A DNA stretch of 62,440 bases, the filler included, from Rhabdomonas costata (Eukaryota), in assembly GCA_019059605.1 (NCBI GenBank). It is 30 parts of 30 records of this genome, joined end to end, with 100 filler letters (N's around TTAATTAATTAA, not from the genome) between each part and the next. Parts side by side here need not be neighbours in the genome. Positions count along the whole stretch, not along the records: positions 45,868 to 47,853 come from JAHMHO010006711.1; positions 47,954 to 49,938 come from JAHMHO010006712.1; positions 50,039 to 52,022 come from JAHMHO010006713.1; positions 52,123 to 54,107 come from JAHMHO010006714.1; positions 54,208 to 56,187 come from JAHMHO010006715.1; positions 56,288 to 58,272 come from JAHMHO010006716.1; 24 more parts are not named here. The stretch is one strand, 5' to 3'. Of the stretch, positions 46,294 to 58,372 are shown in pieces; the first letter of the stretch is position 1, and every line of letters starts with the position of its first letter. The notes beneath the pieces are model-generated. The model saw nothing but the letters and a program-made list of their open reading frames with translations, did not search any database and had not been told where the DNA came from. The position numbers and the translations under genes were made by a program.

Positions 46294-47631
46294 ATGGACC
46301 CAGGGGTTGTTGTTGTCGTGATTCCTTCTGAAGGACAAGCTCCTCTACTCCCTTCTGGGACCTCCGCAGTTTCCACTGTCCCAATGGCCGAAAGACTGAC
46401 CCCCCATCAGCGAAAAACCTTGGTTGCTATTCTTATCTCCGTTGTGCTGTACAATTACTGTGCCGCCACTCCGGACACCATTTTTCCCTTACAGACTCAC
46501 GAGATGGGGATCTCGATATCCACGGTGGGTGCCATTGTTGCCGCGCATCCCATTGTGGTGGTCCTCAGCGCTCCGATTTGCGGGCTGCTTTGCACTCGGG
46601 TTGGCTACTTTCCGGTGATATGCGGTGGGATTATAGTCTTAATTCTGGGGATGTTGTTCTTTGGCGCAGTGCCATGGCTGACAAAGGATGCCACTCAGGC
46701 CATCTGGCTCTTCTTGGGCGCCCGCATCTTGTACGCCACGGGTGACGCATTTCTTGACACCTGCAGTGTGACGGGCCTCGCTCAGACCTTCAAGAGTACC
46801 TTGGGGACCCGCATGGGGCAGTTTGAGACTTGCCTGGGCATCGGCTCTGCCGTTGGAGCCCCGGTTGGTGCCAAGCTGTTTTCGCTTGCGGGGTTCTTTC
46901 TTCCCTTTGCAGTGGCTACTATTGTGGTTGTCCTGGTCCTTGCTTCTCTAATTTCAGCCCAGCAGGCGTCTTGCTGGATGGAAAGTAATCCTGAAGAAAG
47001 CACTGAGGCGACGGAGGCTGACACGGAGGCTGTTTCTCGGAATCTGTCGCTGAACTCCTGTCGACCTCTGATAGCCCTGGACGTGCTTTTTCCGGTTCTT
47101 GGTATGATGCTTGCCACCATGGGTTGTGGCTGGACCTCACCCTTCCTACCTTTGTACTACAGGCAGACTTTCGGCATCACTGTGACCACCGTGGGCATCG
47201 TGTACAGTGTGGGCTCGCTGGGTTACGCAGCCCTCAGCACTTTCACAGGTCATCTAAGTGACCGCTATGGACCTCACCTCATGGTCTGCATGGGAACCTT
47301 TCTTGGAAGCTTCTCCTATGTCCTTTTGGGCTGTCACAGCCCGGCTGCGTCGTGTACGGGAAGTGTTTGTTATTCTTTGAGCACATCGTTGATGATACCA
47401 CCCGGGTTTGCGGCCGTTCTGAGGAGCGTCTCGGAACGCTCATCGTCTGGGGTAGGTCTAGCGTCGGGGATTATGAATTCGATGTGCAGCTGCGGGGAAA
47501 TTGCTGGGCCCCTTTTGGGAGCCTTTCTTGCGGAAAAGATTGGCTCTGTTTTGGCAATACGATGCTACGCCTTCGTACTTTTTGCGTTTGGTGTGCTCTA
47601 TACGGTCGCATTCCTGTGTCGTATGAGGTGA
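46294..47631 (+). CDS. Major facilitator superfamily transporter (SLC18B1/DHA1-like), complete and intronless, 445 aa
   Basis: About 12 hydrophobic segments in two halves with an acidic central loop. Motif A-like GLLCTRVG and GHLSDRYG; GARILYATG; GSAVGAPVG; GEIAGPLLG. Confidence 0.93.
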   Translation: MDPGVVVVVIPSEGQAPLLPSGTSAVSTVPMAERLTPHQRKTLVAILISVVLYNYCAATPDTIFPLQTHEMGISISTVGAIVAAHPIVVVLSAPICGLLCTRVGYFPVICGGIIVLILGMLFFGAVPWLTKDATQAIWLFLGARILYATGDAFLDTCSVTGLAQTFKSTLGTRMGQFETCLGIGSAVGAPVGAKLFSLAGFFLPFAVATIVVVLVLASLISAQQASCWMESNPEESTEATEADTEAVSRNLSLNSCRPLIALDVLFPVLGMMLATMGCGWTSPFLPLYYRQTFGITVTTVGIVYSVGSLGYAALSTFTGHLSDRYGPHLMVCMGTFLGSFSYVLLGCHSPAASCTGSVCYSLSTSLMIPPGFAAVLRSVSERSSSGVGLASGIMNSMCSCGEIAGPLLGAFLAEKIGSVLAIRCYAFVLFAFGVLYTVAFLCRMR

Positions 47632-47791
47632 TTCGGGTTGTGCTTTGGTTGGGTTCGTTGGAATTCGCATTTGCTTATAGTCATAGCCCATTCCCCACCC
47701 TTCATTGGTTATCCACTGCGTCCTTTCTCTGGTTAAGATTGTTTCTGGGCTGCTTGGTTGCACTTCTTAGACAGTTAGGTTTTGGAGTTTC

Positions 47792-47853
47792 ACGCCGTTC
47801 TGCAGTAGTCATGCTGTTGGATCAAGCGAATATTGCTTTCCCTATCTTAACTG
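47792..47853 (+). repeat. 62-bp direct repeat, copy 2
   Basis: Identical to 45878-45939. Period 1,914 bp. Confidence 0.97.
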
Positions 47854-48282
47854 NNNNNNNNNNNNNNNNNNNNNNNNNNNNNNNNNNNNNNNNNNNNTTA
47901 ATTAATTAANNNNNNNNNNNNNNNNNNNNNNNNNNNNNNNNNNNNNNNNNNNNGTGGGTTTTGGGGCTGACGCATTGCCTTAAAAACCTCTGTGGCCAGT
48001 TCCTCATTGCCGGGGCACTTGTCGGTGTGCGTTAGGCGCATTGTGTTGTTGTTGGGTTGACTGGTTGACTGGTTGACTGGTTGGTGGTGACCACTGTGGA
48101 CATTCAGTAAAGAAGGGTTTCGTGATTTCACAAAAATGGAAGCAACGCTGAAAAACAGTGACGTCATGAACCCATCCAACGTCCTGAGAACGTCCATGAT
48201 GCGTAAAATCGGAATATAAAACAAGGACATGGGTTGACCGAAGTTGCATTAAAAACCCGAGGGGTAGAAAAAGCAGGCACAC

Positions 48283-48697
48283 CTTGTGCGTGAGGTTGAA
48301 GTTGGCGATGTCAAAATCAATGCTTCGCCGGCAAGGAATATACCTGCCGAACAACAAGGGGCCACCCATCCCGAAAAAGCCCACCAAGTGCAAAAGTGAT
48401 GATGACGCATACATGTCGAGCCAATTGCTGCTTTCTTTCTACCTGCATTGCCCCAACCCAAGCCCCAGAGCACAAGTTGCCAACCGTTCCCACCATCGTA
48501 GTGAAACGCCTAAAGGAGGGCTGAGTTCAGGGTAACAGGGTTACGGACCTGTCGGAGTCAGCGGTTAGCCGGGACTTTGGAGAGCTCCATGGGGAGGTCG
48601 GCGTCTTTCCCGGAGACAGCTGCGCGCTGCGGGTGCTGTACGGGGATTTCGTGGGGGTCTGCGGGACCATGGGAAGGGAGCTCACCGGAGAGTCCAT
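48283..48697 (-). CDS. CDC20: APC/C activator Cdc20/Fizzy-family N-terminus (first two coding exons)
   Basis: Exons 48697-48549 and 48343-48283 splice to an S/TP-rich N-terminus then the C-box DR|YIPCR followed by SIDFDIANFNL. The Cdh1/FZR paralogue is not excluded. Confidence 0.8.
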
Positions 48698-50136
48698 CGC
48701 TATAGATAGGCTGCGGCTACGACTGAGGGAAAGGTGGGAAGCCCAGAAAAGCGGCGCAAGCTAAGGGCTGGCTAACCAACAAAGGAATTGCGCTGCGCGG
48801 GGCCGCGGGGTTGGGGTGGAGGTGTGGGGGTTGGAAAGCCGGCCTTGTAGGCCAGAGCAGACCAGACAAAAAACACAGAGAGCACAGAGCACAGCAAAAA
48901 GGAAAAGGGAAACAGGGGCGGCAAAAAAGCAACTGGGGTGAATCAGATGGAATCAGAGGGGCATGCACCACAAACAATTTTTGTGATGCGCGGTTCGAAG
49001 TGGGGCAGATATTCATATAAAACAAATCAAAAGTCGCCTCTTGTGCAACGGCCAGACACCTTGAGGATGTGACAGGTTTTCTCACCAAAGAATACAAACC
49101 CTCCACCCACTGCTGCTTGGAATGAGGCTTTCGCAGGATGGACTGACACTGGCTGAGAAACCTCCACCAATCACCGCAATGACAAGACCACTATATCACG
49201 GTTTCCGGGAAAATTCATCCTGCCAGGAGAATAGGAAGCATCATCTATCCTGATAGGACCAAGGAAAGCGACCCTTTGGAGAGGATGAATACTAGCGGCT
49301 GACATAAATACCACCGAATACCACACACCAACCGCGCCCATCCCTAGCCATCCGAACCCTCGCCTAAACACGTGGGCTTCGTTATTTTTGTGCAGAGCAA
49401 AATCCAGCTCCATAAATTCTCCCCAAGTCGCGCGCCTTTTTCGCCACGGCGCGCTCCAACACTGCCGGCAGGCTGCGCTGTAGCCTTCAAGCGGTCTTGT
49501 TCTGGGCATGAACTCCACGCTGATTCTTATTGCGTTGTCCCTTGCACGCCACTGCGAGAAGTTTGCGTCTCCACGGAAGGGGCCGTCGCCGCTGGCCCGC
49601 TGGGAGGCGCCGTCTCGAGAGCCTCGGGTTCTTCCATTGTGGAAGTAGAGGAAGAAGAGGGGCGCAGGGGTGAGTGCTGAGAGTCGTCACAGCGCTCGGG
49701 CTCCGGGCTGCCGTTTTCGTTAACCCCCTCAACGTCAGTGCACCCAATGAAGCTCTTGCTCAGCCAAAGTCCAGCCTTGTTGCGTTTGTATGTGTACGCT
49801 CACCCCCCCCCCAAAAAAAAAGCACAGAGTCCCCGAGGAAAACAAGCTCTGGAAAGTGGCATTTGAATGCATTCACTCATTCACACAATCGCTCATTCTC
49901 AGAAAATATCAATTCGAATCTCAGCACAAAAACCGTCTNNNNNNNNNNNNNNNNNNNNNNNNNNNNNNNNNNNNNNNNNNNNTTAATTAATTAANNNNNN
50001 NNNNNNNNNNNNNNNNNNNNNNNNNNNNNNNNNNNNNNTGTGGGGTTGAGCGACTCCCCAAGCGATCGTTCAGGTCTCACATTGACAGTGCTCCCACGCA
50101 AACGTAGAAGGATTCTCCGAAACAGTGCAGACATAC

Positions 50137-51850
50137 TGTCGACTCTCGAGGTTTCGGACTTTCGCGATCAGACCCAGCTTGTGGAGTCGCTCAATCCCCT
50201 GGGGCGCCTGCGGATGAAAATGAGCAAACGAATTGCATTCTCAAAAAAGCGCGCCCCCATGTCCTCTTGCATTCACAGGTGAGTTTTACGGAACTTGTTC
50301 GCAATCACAGAGCCGGCGGGTTCAAAAGTCGCTTGCGGCAGAAGCAGAACAGTGGACGACCTTGCTCTTAAAGGAATGGAAAATCGCCTGCAGTGCGTGG
50401 TTGCTGACGTAGTCCTCTTGAGGCGTCAGCACGATGATCTGCGAACGAACAGATTGCAGTCATTGAAAATGCAAAACAGGTTAATCAGATTAATAAGTGA
50501 AGGTCAAACCACTGGCCAGCATCGAAACATGCTTGGATTAGTATGCCCATGGCTGCTTTTTGCTGGACAATACATACCATAAAATACATACAATACAGGC
50601 AGTAATGTGCCGGACTTGAGGCTCTCAAGACGGCAGTGGATGTGTGGAAATGCCAGGCAAACAAATGTCAAAGGTCAGCGGCCTCAACTTTCGGTGAGAT
50701 GGCAACAAAAGCACCTTGAGCAAGTCCAGCAGCCTGCAGTCTGTCTCCTGGGTAACGCCCAAGGGCCGAGGGACCCTGCCGGGCCGCTCTCCACCCAGCA
50801 CACGAAAGCTGCGGTGTAGTGCCTCCAATGAGGAGGGAAGTTGCGGCATTGGTCCTGCACGGTGTGGTGGAAAAGGTGTCGGTGGAAAGGAGGGTGCGTG
50901 TTGGGGGGGGGAGGCTCGAATAAATGATATGATTGACTTGTAATTGGCATATCCTTGAATGCCCATCTTTACAAGCACTTGCCCCGGATGACACCATTGT
51001 TTCCGGTTCAGTCCATAGCACCAAGAAAGGTGATTCCTTTTCGGGTCTAGGGTTTGTGATTTTGTAGTTCTGTGGTTGAAGGCCGCGAGAAAGTTAGCCA
51101 GACACCCCAACGCAGACATTAAAACAGCCACAGAAACTGCTGACCATGTTTTTTGTTTCTTTGACAACCCAGGAGCTCACGAAATAGTAGATGGGGGAGG
51201 GCTGTGTAGAGCTGAGAACAGGACACATGAGATATTCTGCGCAAAGCACGCCAACCCTTCGCGAAGGAGGGCACAGAGGCGTCGTCAATCAACCGGGAAA
51301 CGTTCCTCCTAATCTCCGCAGCATCCGCAGCCCCACCTGCCTGAACCCCCAACACCCAGAAGCAGGATGAGCAAGGTTATTGCGCTGAACAACAAAACAA
51401 CACAGCAATGTATGCTGAAATCATCCAGCTAAACACTGACAAACTGACGTTCCCCCCCTCCCCAACATGTGTACTCCTTTCATCACTTTCCGGAAACCAA
51501 AGTTTCCGAAGGAAACCGTCGCTTTTGAAACCACGTCAAAGCCACACGCACACCTTCACAACCGGATGACAAACCGAGACACATCAGTAATGAAACGTAA
51601 GCCTTAAATTCTTTTTACAATATTAAGAATCACATCTCACCAACTGAAAATGTTGCATTCGCAAAACGCAAGCATAGGAGGAAACAAGTCCAGTCGAGCG
51701 AAATGGCTTCTCAGGCGCAGGCGGGGGGCGGGGGATACCGTGTCGAGGTGCTTCTGCAGAGCTGCGAGAAGCATGCTCTTGCGAAGAGTGCTTCCGCGAC
51801 GGAGCCCCCCAAAGACTCGAACGACCTGCCACAGAAGTGTCCTCATCCAA
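50137..51850 (-). CDS. Hypothetical protein exons
   Basis: Exons 50854-50715 and 50207 to ~50137 join in phase (..CRLLDLLK|APQGIERLHKLGLIAKV). Further coding-like blocks at ~51255-51345 and ~51690-51850. Confidence 0.45.
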
Positions 51851-53094
51851 AATAATGCGCAGCCTACACCGCCGAGGATTCACGCAGCCACTACCAGTAT
51901 GGGTCTCAGCAGCGAACTTGAAGCGAGCAAGGACGGATGAGATTCAACTCTTAGAGATTGCATACTTACCAGCTCAACCACAGCAATCAACCTTATAACC
52001 AGGCCTATCATTTCCAAAATGANNNNNNNNNNNNNNNNNNNNNNNNNNNNNNNNNNNNNNNNNNNNTTAATTAATTAANNNNNNNNNNNNNNNNNNNNNN
52101 NNNNNNNNNNNNNNNNNNNNNNGGGTTAAGGATGCACAACGGGAATGTCGCTGCCGGAGTGGAGTTGTGTCGCAGGGTGGGTTGGTGCTCTTGGTGTTGT
52201 TGTGTCTTTGGTTCGTTGTGGATGTCCTTGGTGTGGTTGTCCTTGGGTTGGTGGTGTGGTGTGGTGTTTCGTTCTGCTGTTTTGAGGTGAGAAGTTGTGG
52301 TCTCTGCAATTGAACGATCAATAGCAAGCAGAATTACCTGTGCCAAATGGAAGGGAGGGGGGCCAATAGAAAGTAGAAAGAGTAGCAGGGGTTTAGGTGG
52401 CGGTGAAGGTGCCCGTTGCGAGTGGAATAAGTATTCTGCAGAGGGGTAGGTGGCTACACATGCACACTGCAGAAGGTGCACAAGCGGGGGGGGGGGAGAG
52501 TCGGGTCTGGGGTATTATATGCCGGTTGGTCGTTTGACGCCACCTCCCACCTCCCAGCTATGCATGACCCGGATGGCAGAGGCCGAATGATCCTCATGTT
52601 TTAGCTCTTGTGTGTGCGCAGTTTCCGGCCTCTTGCTTCCTCCCAGGAGTACGTGCAGGCGGTAGCCCGAGTGGTGGGCCTGGCTTCCGGAGGCTACGGG
52701 TTGCTGGATGCCTACCGATTCAATTCCTCCGGGCTGGCAAGCATTATCATTGGTAGTCCAATCTGCCCTCTTTCTTGGGTGTCCTCTCATTGGTCTTTGT
52801 GTCAGCCTTTGGCTTGCGGCTGACTCAGCCTCAGCAACACATGGGGTCAATGAGAATCAAATTGAAATTGCGTTGGAGGCAGACGTTACCTATTGTACAC
52901 CACCTGAGACATACTTTTTCTCCACATTCTGCACCAGCCTATTTGCCGACTGTCGTTGATTCTTATTTATCAGTTTGGCTGGGCAACAAATGGCTGACAA
53001 GAAAACAGCTTCCACGGCAAATGAAACATTCTCGCTATTTTTGATCCAACAATCGTTCTGGTTCCCCTGCTGACTGTGGGGGTGGGCGCTCCAG

Positions 53095-53488
53095 GGAAGA
53101 CCATGGTGAAGAAGTACAAGCATGAGGTGGTTACCCTGGATGACCTCAGCTTTTTCATGATTCGAAACAACGCCACCGTCGTTCAGCACCAGATGGACCA
53201 CACCCTGATGAAGTCTGCGCAAACACGAGCCTTGCCTTGCATTTTCTTTCTCGTCTTCTTTTGTGCTGGGTGACAGCACCCATTATGGATGCAATTTTTA
53301 TGCGCTTTTCAACACCCGGTCACCTTTCCGTAATTCTTGCAGAAGTGTGTGCTGGATGCTCAACCCTGCAGCATATTCTTTTTCTGCTTTTACTTTGACC
53401 TATAGTCCTTGCTTTCACTTTTTACAGGAGGCCGAAGTTCATCTGCATCAATGACAATATGAACCATTCTGACCCGAATATTGGAGAG
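53095..53488 (+). CDS. GNPTAB: GlcNAc-1-phosphotransferase alpha/beta (Stealth CR4 region) exons
   Basis: Exons 53095-53212 and 53428-53488: KYKHEVVTLDDLSFFMIRNNATVVQHQMDHTLMK|RPKFICINDNMNHSD, matching the GNPTAB pattern KYRFE..IAFKMIR.N..KFVCLNDNIDH. Confidence 0.85.
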
Positions 53489-54782
53489 GTCGTTTGGCTG
53501 GATGCTGGACACTTTTTGCTCTTCACTGTGCACACGCTAATTGGTGGACGGTGCGGCGTGGGGCGAAGAATCAAACATTTATGATGCTAAAAAAAATCGA
53601 TTCCTGAAGGACCTTATGGTTGAATCGCCTGCTTAATGAATGTGCCATCACTTTTAGAATTTGAAAACCTTTTTATTCGCATGACTACCACTACTGATGA
53701 TCTGTTTGTGGTGAATTCCAACCTCCAATTTCACAACTTATCACCTCCGAACAGACCGATGGGTTACAGCCTACCGACAAATTGAATAATAAGAAACAAA
53801 TTGAATGGCAAGGGCCTGTGCTTAACAGTTTTGTAACACCAGAAATGGAAAACATGGGGTAATCGGATCGTATTGGTTCCCCCTATGCACCCGGGGACAT
53901 GTTCCACAGCTGTTGTTAATTTGGGTTTGAGGCGGGGTTCTGTGTACTGCACGTCAGGTTCTGGAATTTAGGTGAACGGGTGACAGAATTAGTTTGGAGC
54001 GAAATGCAGCGTGAATTATTAGATTGCGCATCATCATCTTATATTTACTCAGCTTCGAATCGTTCAATACATGCACATGAGATACCAAATCTGTGCTCCC
54101 ACCCCCCNNNNNNNNNNNNNNNNNNNNNNNNNNNNNNNNNNNNNNNNNNNNTTAATTAATTAANNNNNNNNNNNNNNNNNNNNNNNNNNNNNNNNNNNNN
54201 NNNNNNNGTTTGTGGGTTAGCTTTTTCAAAAAGAAAAACCGACCAGGTGCATGGGTGACTGGTGGATTGTGAAAGCACCGGCTCCGTACTGATAGGGGAT
54301 TCTTAGAAACACATGCAGGCCCCGCACGCGCATTGCCCTCGTCCGCCTGTTTAGGTTTTTGGTTCTTCGCCAAATACCTCACAACTTAGCTATTATCCAA
54401 GTTTTCTGTTTTTTCGTGCGCCTGTCATATCCCATTGAAAAACGTTTCCAAAAAAAAAAGGAGACATTCGGTCATACAGAGGATTGAAGGGGGGTATTTT
54501 CGATTTTTACCCCAATTGTTTGAATGAAAAGCGGTGTTTTTAGCTATGGATGGGTGATTGGTTGCTGCTTTTATCCCAGAAAAACACCCCTGCTTCCGAG
54601 AATTGCCGACAGTTTGCTGACAGTGATTGTTTTAATGCAAGTGAAGGAATTTCATTTTGATGTGCGTCTTTCCTGGGAGTTCCGACAGTTTGATCCTTGG
54701 CTGGGAAGCCATCATTTTTGTTTTCCTATCTTATCTAAGTCCCAGGTTACGCCGCCATGTGGATGTTTTCCCTTCCTCGCAG

Positions 54783-55851
54783 TACGACTACTTCTCGAAC
54801 ACCCCGAAGGATATCTGCTCCGAGATCGCGATCACCAGGAGAGGCCACCCAGAGACCGCCTCGCGGGCGGTTCCTGGCAGCTGCCTTTCCACAACACCTA
54901 GCCCGGAGTGGGATGGCGCCGACTCCGTGGCACGCATCCCCCCCCTCGCTTTGCTTTTGCGTTGGAGTTCGCTTGCTCTCGCTCCTCCCATCCTTTCGAT
55001 TGCCTTTGTAAGCTTAGGTGAATTTCGTGAGTTTTGTGTGTTTCTTTGCATGGAAAAGTGTAGGACTGACAACGGTATCAAGGGCATGCCCGTACCCGTG
55101 GGGTGCCAGCGTTCGAGGTCGCAGCAGCAAGAAATGTGTTCAGTTCCAAATAGAAAAAGGTATTCCTCGGAAAAACCCGACCGACAATGACTCACAAGGA
55201 GGCAAGAATGGGTGACGGGGCGAAAGTCAGGGGGAAACCAAAAATTGCTGGGACAAAAATATAGTTGCACAGGTGGGAAGAAGGATGGAAGGACGTTCCT
55301 GAGCGTAATCATTTGGGGCTCAACGGAAGACGTCCCCATGTGCTCTTTGTTTCGGGTGAGACGATAGAGCTACCACCACCGAAAAAGGACGGCAGATTTG
55401 CGCAGAAGCTCTATGGGCGGAGCCGCAGGGGGAGAGGACAGACACACTATCGTAGGACTTAAACTCGAGTTCGTAGCAGCTTTGTTGCGGATGCTTATGG
55501 CGAACTGACTCCTATCCAGTGTGTTTAGCGGACATGCATAATTGCAGAGACCTCGCCCTCCCTCGGCTTGGGCGAAGTAGCGCCTTATTTGCGGCGACGT
55601 GGATGCGATTAGCCTTCCAGGGAAGTTCCCTGCCTCTGCCCTCCGAACTTCCTCGTGATCCCCTGATGTGGTGCTGTGTGTCCCGCACAGGTGCACTTCC
55701 AGTCCTCGGAGACCCACCTGGTGGGCTTGGACCCCTACCGCATGACTATCCCCGTCACCGCGCTGTGGATGGTGGAGCACCCCAGCCGCAGCAAGGGGGG
55801 CTACGTCACCCCGTTCACCCCGTACATGCTCAAGCACATCTCTTCCGAGAG
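54783..55851 (+). CDS. IP3 receptor / ryanodine receptor-like MIR-domain exons
   Basis: Exon 55691-55851 TALWMVEHPSRSKGGYV..YMLKHISSER fits MIR (ALWEVE..RGG..FRFKHL.TG.YL). An upstream coding block starts at 54783; its junction is unresolved. Confidence 0.55.
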
Positions 55852-57039
55852 GTCCCTTCCGAGCTTCCCACCCGTGCTATAGGCAGAACCAAAGTGCCAG
55901 GCCCGGTGTTTCACGGTATAACACCGTTTTGTGGTTGTACCGTCATGGGTTGAATACAAAATGTTTCTGGGGGGGCTGGGTAACCGCTTTCTACATTCTG
56001 CTCCGTGGCATGCACGTGAAAATGAATGATGTTTGCGAGGGTTCTGCGCTCTCCCCCCGGCCTTGTTTCCCACTTCAGCCAATAACCGTTATATCCTTCA
56101 ACGCCCCGAATCCCCACCCCACCCTCGAAAAGAGAAAGGTCGATCCTCATTCACGAACACTACGCAGAGCGAGGCAGGTGGACCCCANNNNNNNNNNNNN
56201 NNNNNNNNNNNNNNNNNNNNNNNNNNNNNNNTTAATTAATTAANNNNNNNNNNNNNNNNNNNNNNNNNNNNNNNNNNNNNNNNNNNNATGCTCACAGCTT
56301 ACGCCTTCCGGCCTGCAGAAGACCCCCCTCCCTCCTTTCGAAACACTGCCCGAGTACACGGGCCTGTATGATGTCCGGAAACGCCGTCCCCTTCACCTCC
56401 GCCAAGAAAAACAGCGAGAACAACTTGTCTTCACAATTTCCACCTTTCTTCTTATCTCCGCTCCTTCTTTCAAGAGGTGGGTTGAACCCCTGTCAGTGCG
56501 AACAGTGCCCGGGTCTAGTAGGTGTTTGGGCATTGTCAATGACATCTTGAGCATTTTACAGTAAGTGACGGCACGTTGCCCTCCGACAGGTGGCGTGCAG
56601 CACATTTGCTTGGCTTGGCCGTTCACAGTTGGTGAAATCCGGAACCAGCTCTTTCTGCATGGCTGGGCCGAGTGAAGGAAATGCCGAAGTGCGCCTGTAT
56701 ATGACAGAACAGCATAGCAACACGAAACAACAGCATTTTTTAGTCACTGAGTCACTGAGTCACGTGGTGGAGGCTCGATGGGATCGTCTCATTAAATCCA
56801 GATGCCGACACGTTTTTGTACGCTAACGTTCACACAGGATCAATGAGTATCGCGCACGAAATGACAAAACTCGAAATAAAAAGGGGCTTAAAATGGACAA
56901 TAATTCTGTATCTCGGTACCCCTTCCCCCGTCGGTCAATGCTGGTCCCGAAAAAGTGCAGGGCCGGGCGGGGACGTACTATCACCATAGTTTCCGATCCA
57001 ACATTGACCATACGGGGGCAGGGGGTCGAGTTTTTGGTG

Positions 57040-57130
57040 AAAAATGCCCTAAAATGGGCCAAACCCAAGCAAAATGGGTCAGAAATGGGCCAAAAAAAAA
57101 CAGGCCAAAAATGAGCCTAAAATGTGGCCC
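57040..57130 (+). repeat. Degenerate ~10-bp tandem repeat (AAAATGGGCC-like), phased A-tracts
   Basis: AAAATGCCCT AAAATGGGCC AAACCCAAGC AAAATGGGTC AGAAATGGGC... Confidence 0.7.
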
Positions 57131-58372
57131 AAGCGCCATTGTCGGCGGAAGTGGAGTATTTTCAAAGCGCTTCAGGGTAACTAATCATTATTGGGAGGGA
57201 ACAGGGCCTGAGAAGCGTTTGCACGCGAGATGGTGAATTATTGTCCATTTTGCCATAGTGATCGCCCCATTTTAAAAATTATAAAATGGTCGAATTGGCG
57301 AATAGATTGGGTTGGGTGTTTATCAATAAAGTAGCACAACACTTACGACGACCTTGGAGTGAATTAACGGAAACTCCTGAAAAACACAGACGACAACAAA
57401 TTGAGGGGCAAAATGTAACTGCGCCATGTGAATTCCGCCTTTTTTTCATTGAAAATATCCACAACCACCATAGGCACCACAGGCACAAGAGCAGAAAAGG
57501 GCTGGAAAACGACCCTAAAAGCCCCTTAGAAGTGCACTAACGAGGTCTATCTCACGCAAATGCGATGTCAGTGTTTTCGTTTTGCCTGTTGAAATCTTTG
57601 GTTGCCCATCAAGGTGCGCAAAATAATCTTGTTTTGAAAATTATTGCAGCAGTTGCGTCTAGGCGACATCGGCACAAAAGACTTAATCGTTCAGGAAATC
57701 GTCTCAGGACAGGCATTTTTATTCCCACCAGCGTTCCCTCGGTGTTGATTTCCCAAGAGATACCCAAGAGATGGCTTCCAAACACAGTGCACCACAACTC
57801 AGAAACATAAAACAAAAACCGTCTGAGACAAACATCAAAGAAAAATCAAAGCCATTCCTGGAGACAGATATGAGGAGAAAAGAAATTTGTCTTCTCCAGA
57901 TGCAGCAACTCCTCACTGCTTTCAAGCGTCTTCGCGGCCTCCTCCGCTCCGCACGCCGTGCTTTACGCCCCAGGAAGTTCTGTTTGGACAAGCACAAGAA
58001 AAACCAGGCATGTACGTCGGGTATCTTAAAGCCACAAACACGACAAGAACTGGAGACAACCTCCGTCTACCTATACTGAAAAATTGTGCGGCACAGTGTC
58101 CAACGCCAGCGTCTCGTGGGTGCACACACACACTCATAACTACTCAGCGGACGTGAGTGTGTTCGAAGCGGCGTGTTGGAAGCGGCGCGGTGTTGGGGGC
58201 GCGACAATGTTGCGCCGTTCCAGTGGGTGGAATGCGCATATTGAGTACTCACGCCAGCTAAGTCTGTGAGGANNNNNNNNNNNNNNNNNNNNNNNNNNNN
58301 NNNNNNNNNNNNNNNNTTAATTAATTAANNNNNNNNNNNNNNNNNNNNNNNNNNNNNNNNNNNNNNNNNNNN

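Noticed and set aside
46294..47631. All confidently seen stops are TGA, hinting at TAA/TAG reassignment
   Set aside because: No in-frame TAA/TAG appears in the long conserved frames (MFS, CTR9, DNAI2, SEC24). TGA preference is expected at this GC content, and the sample is only about six genes.
52620..53094. Euglenid-type non-conventional introns upstream of the GNPTAB exons
   Set aside because: The exon structure is ambiguous and a canonical GT donor (~52754) fits the phase. There is no homology anchor or paired-end structure to support non-conventional introns.
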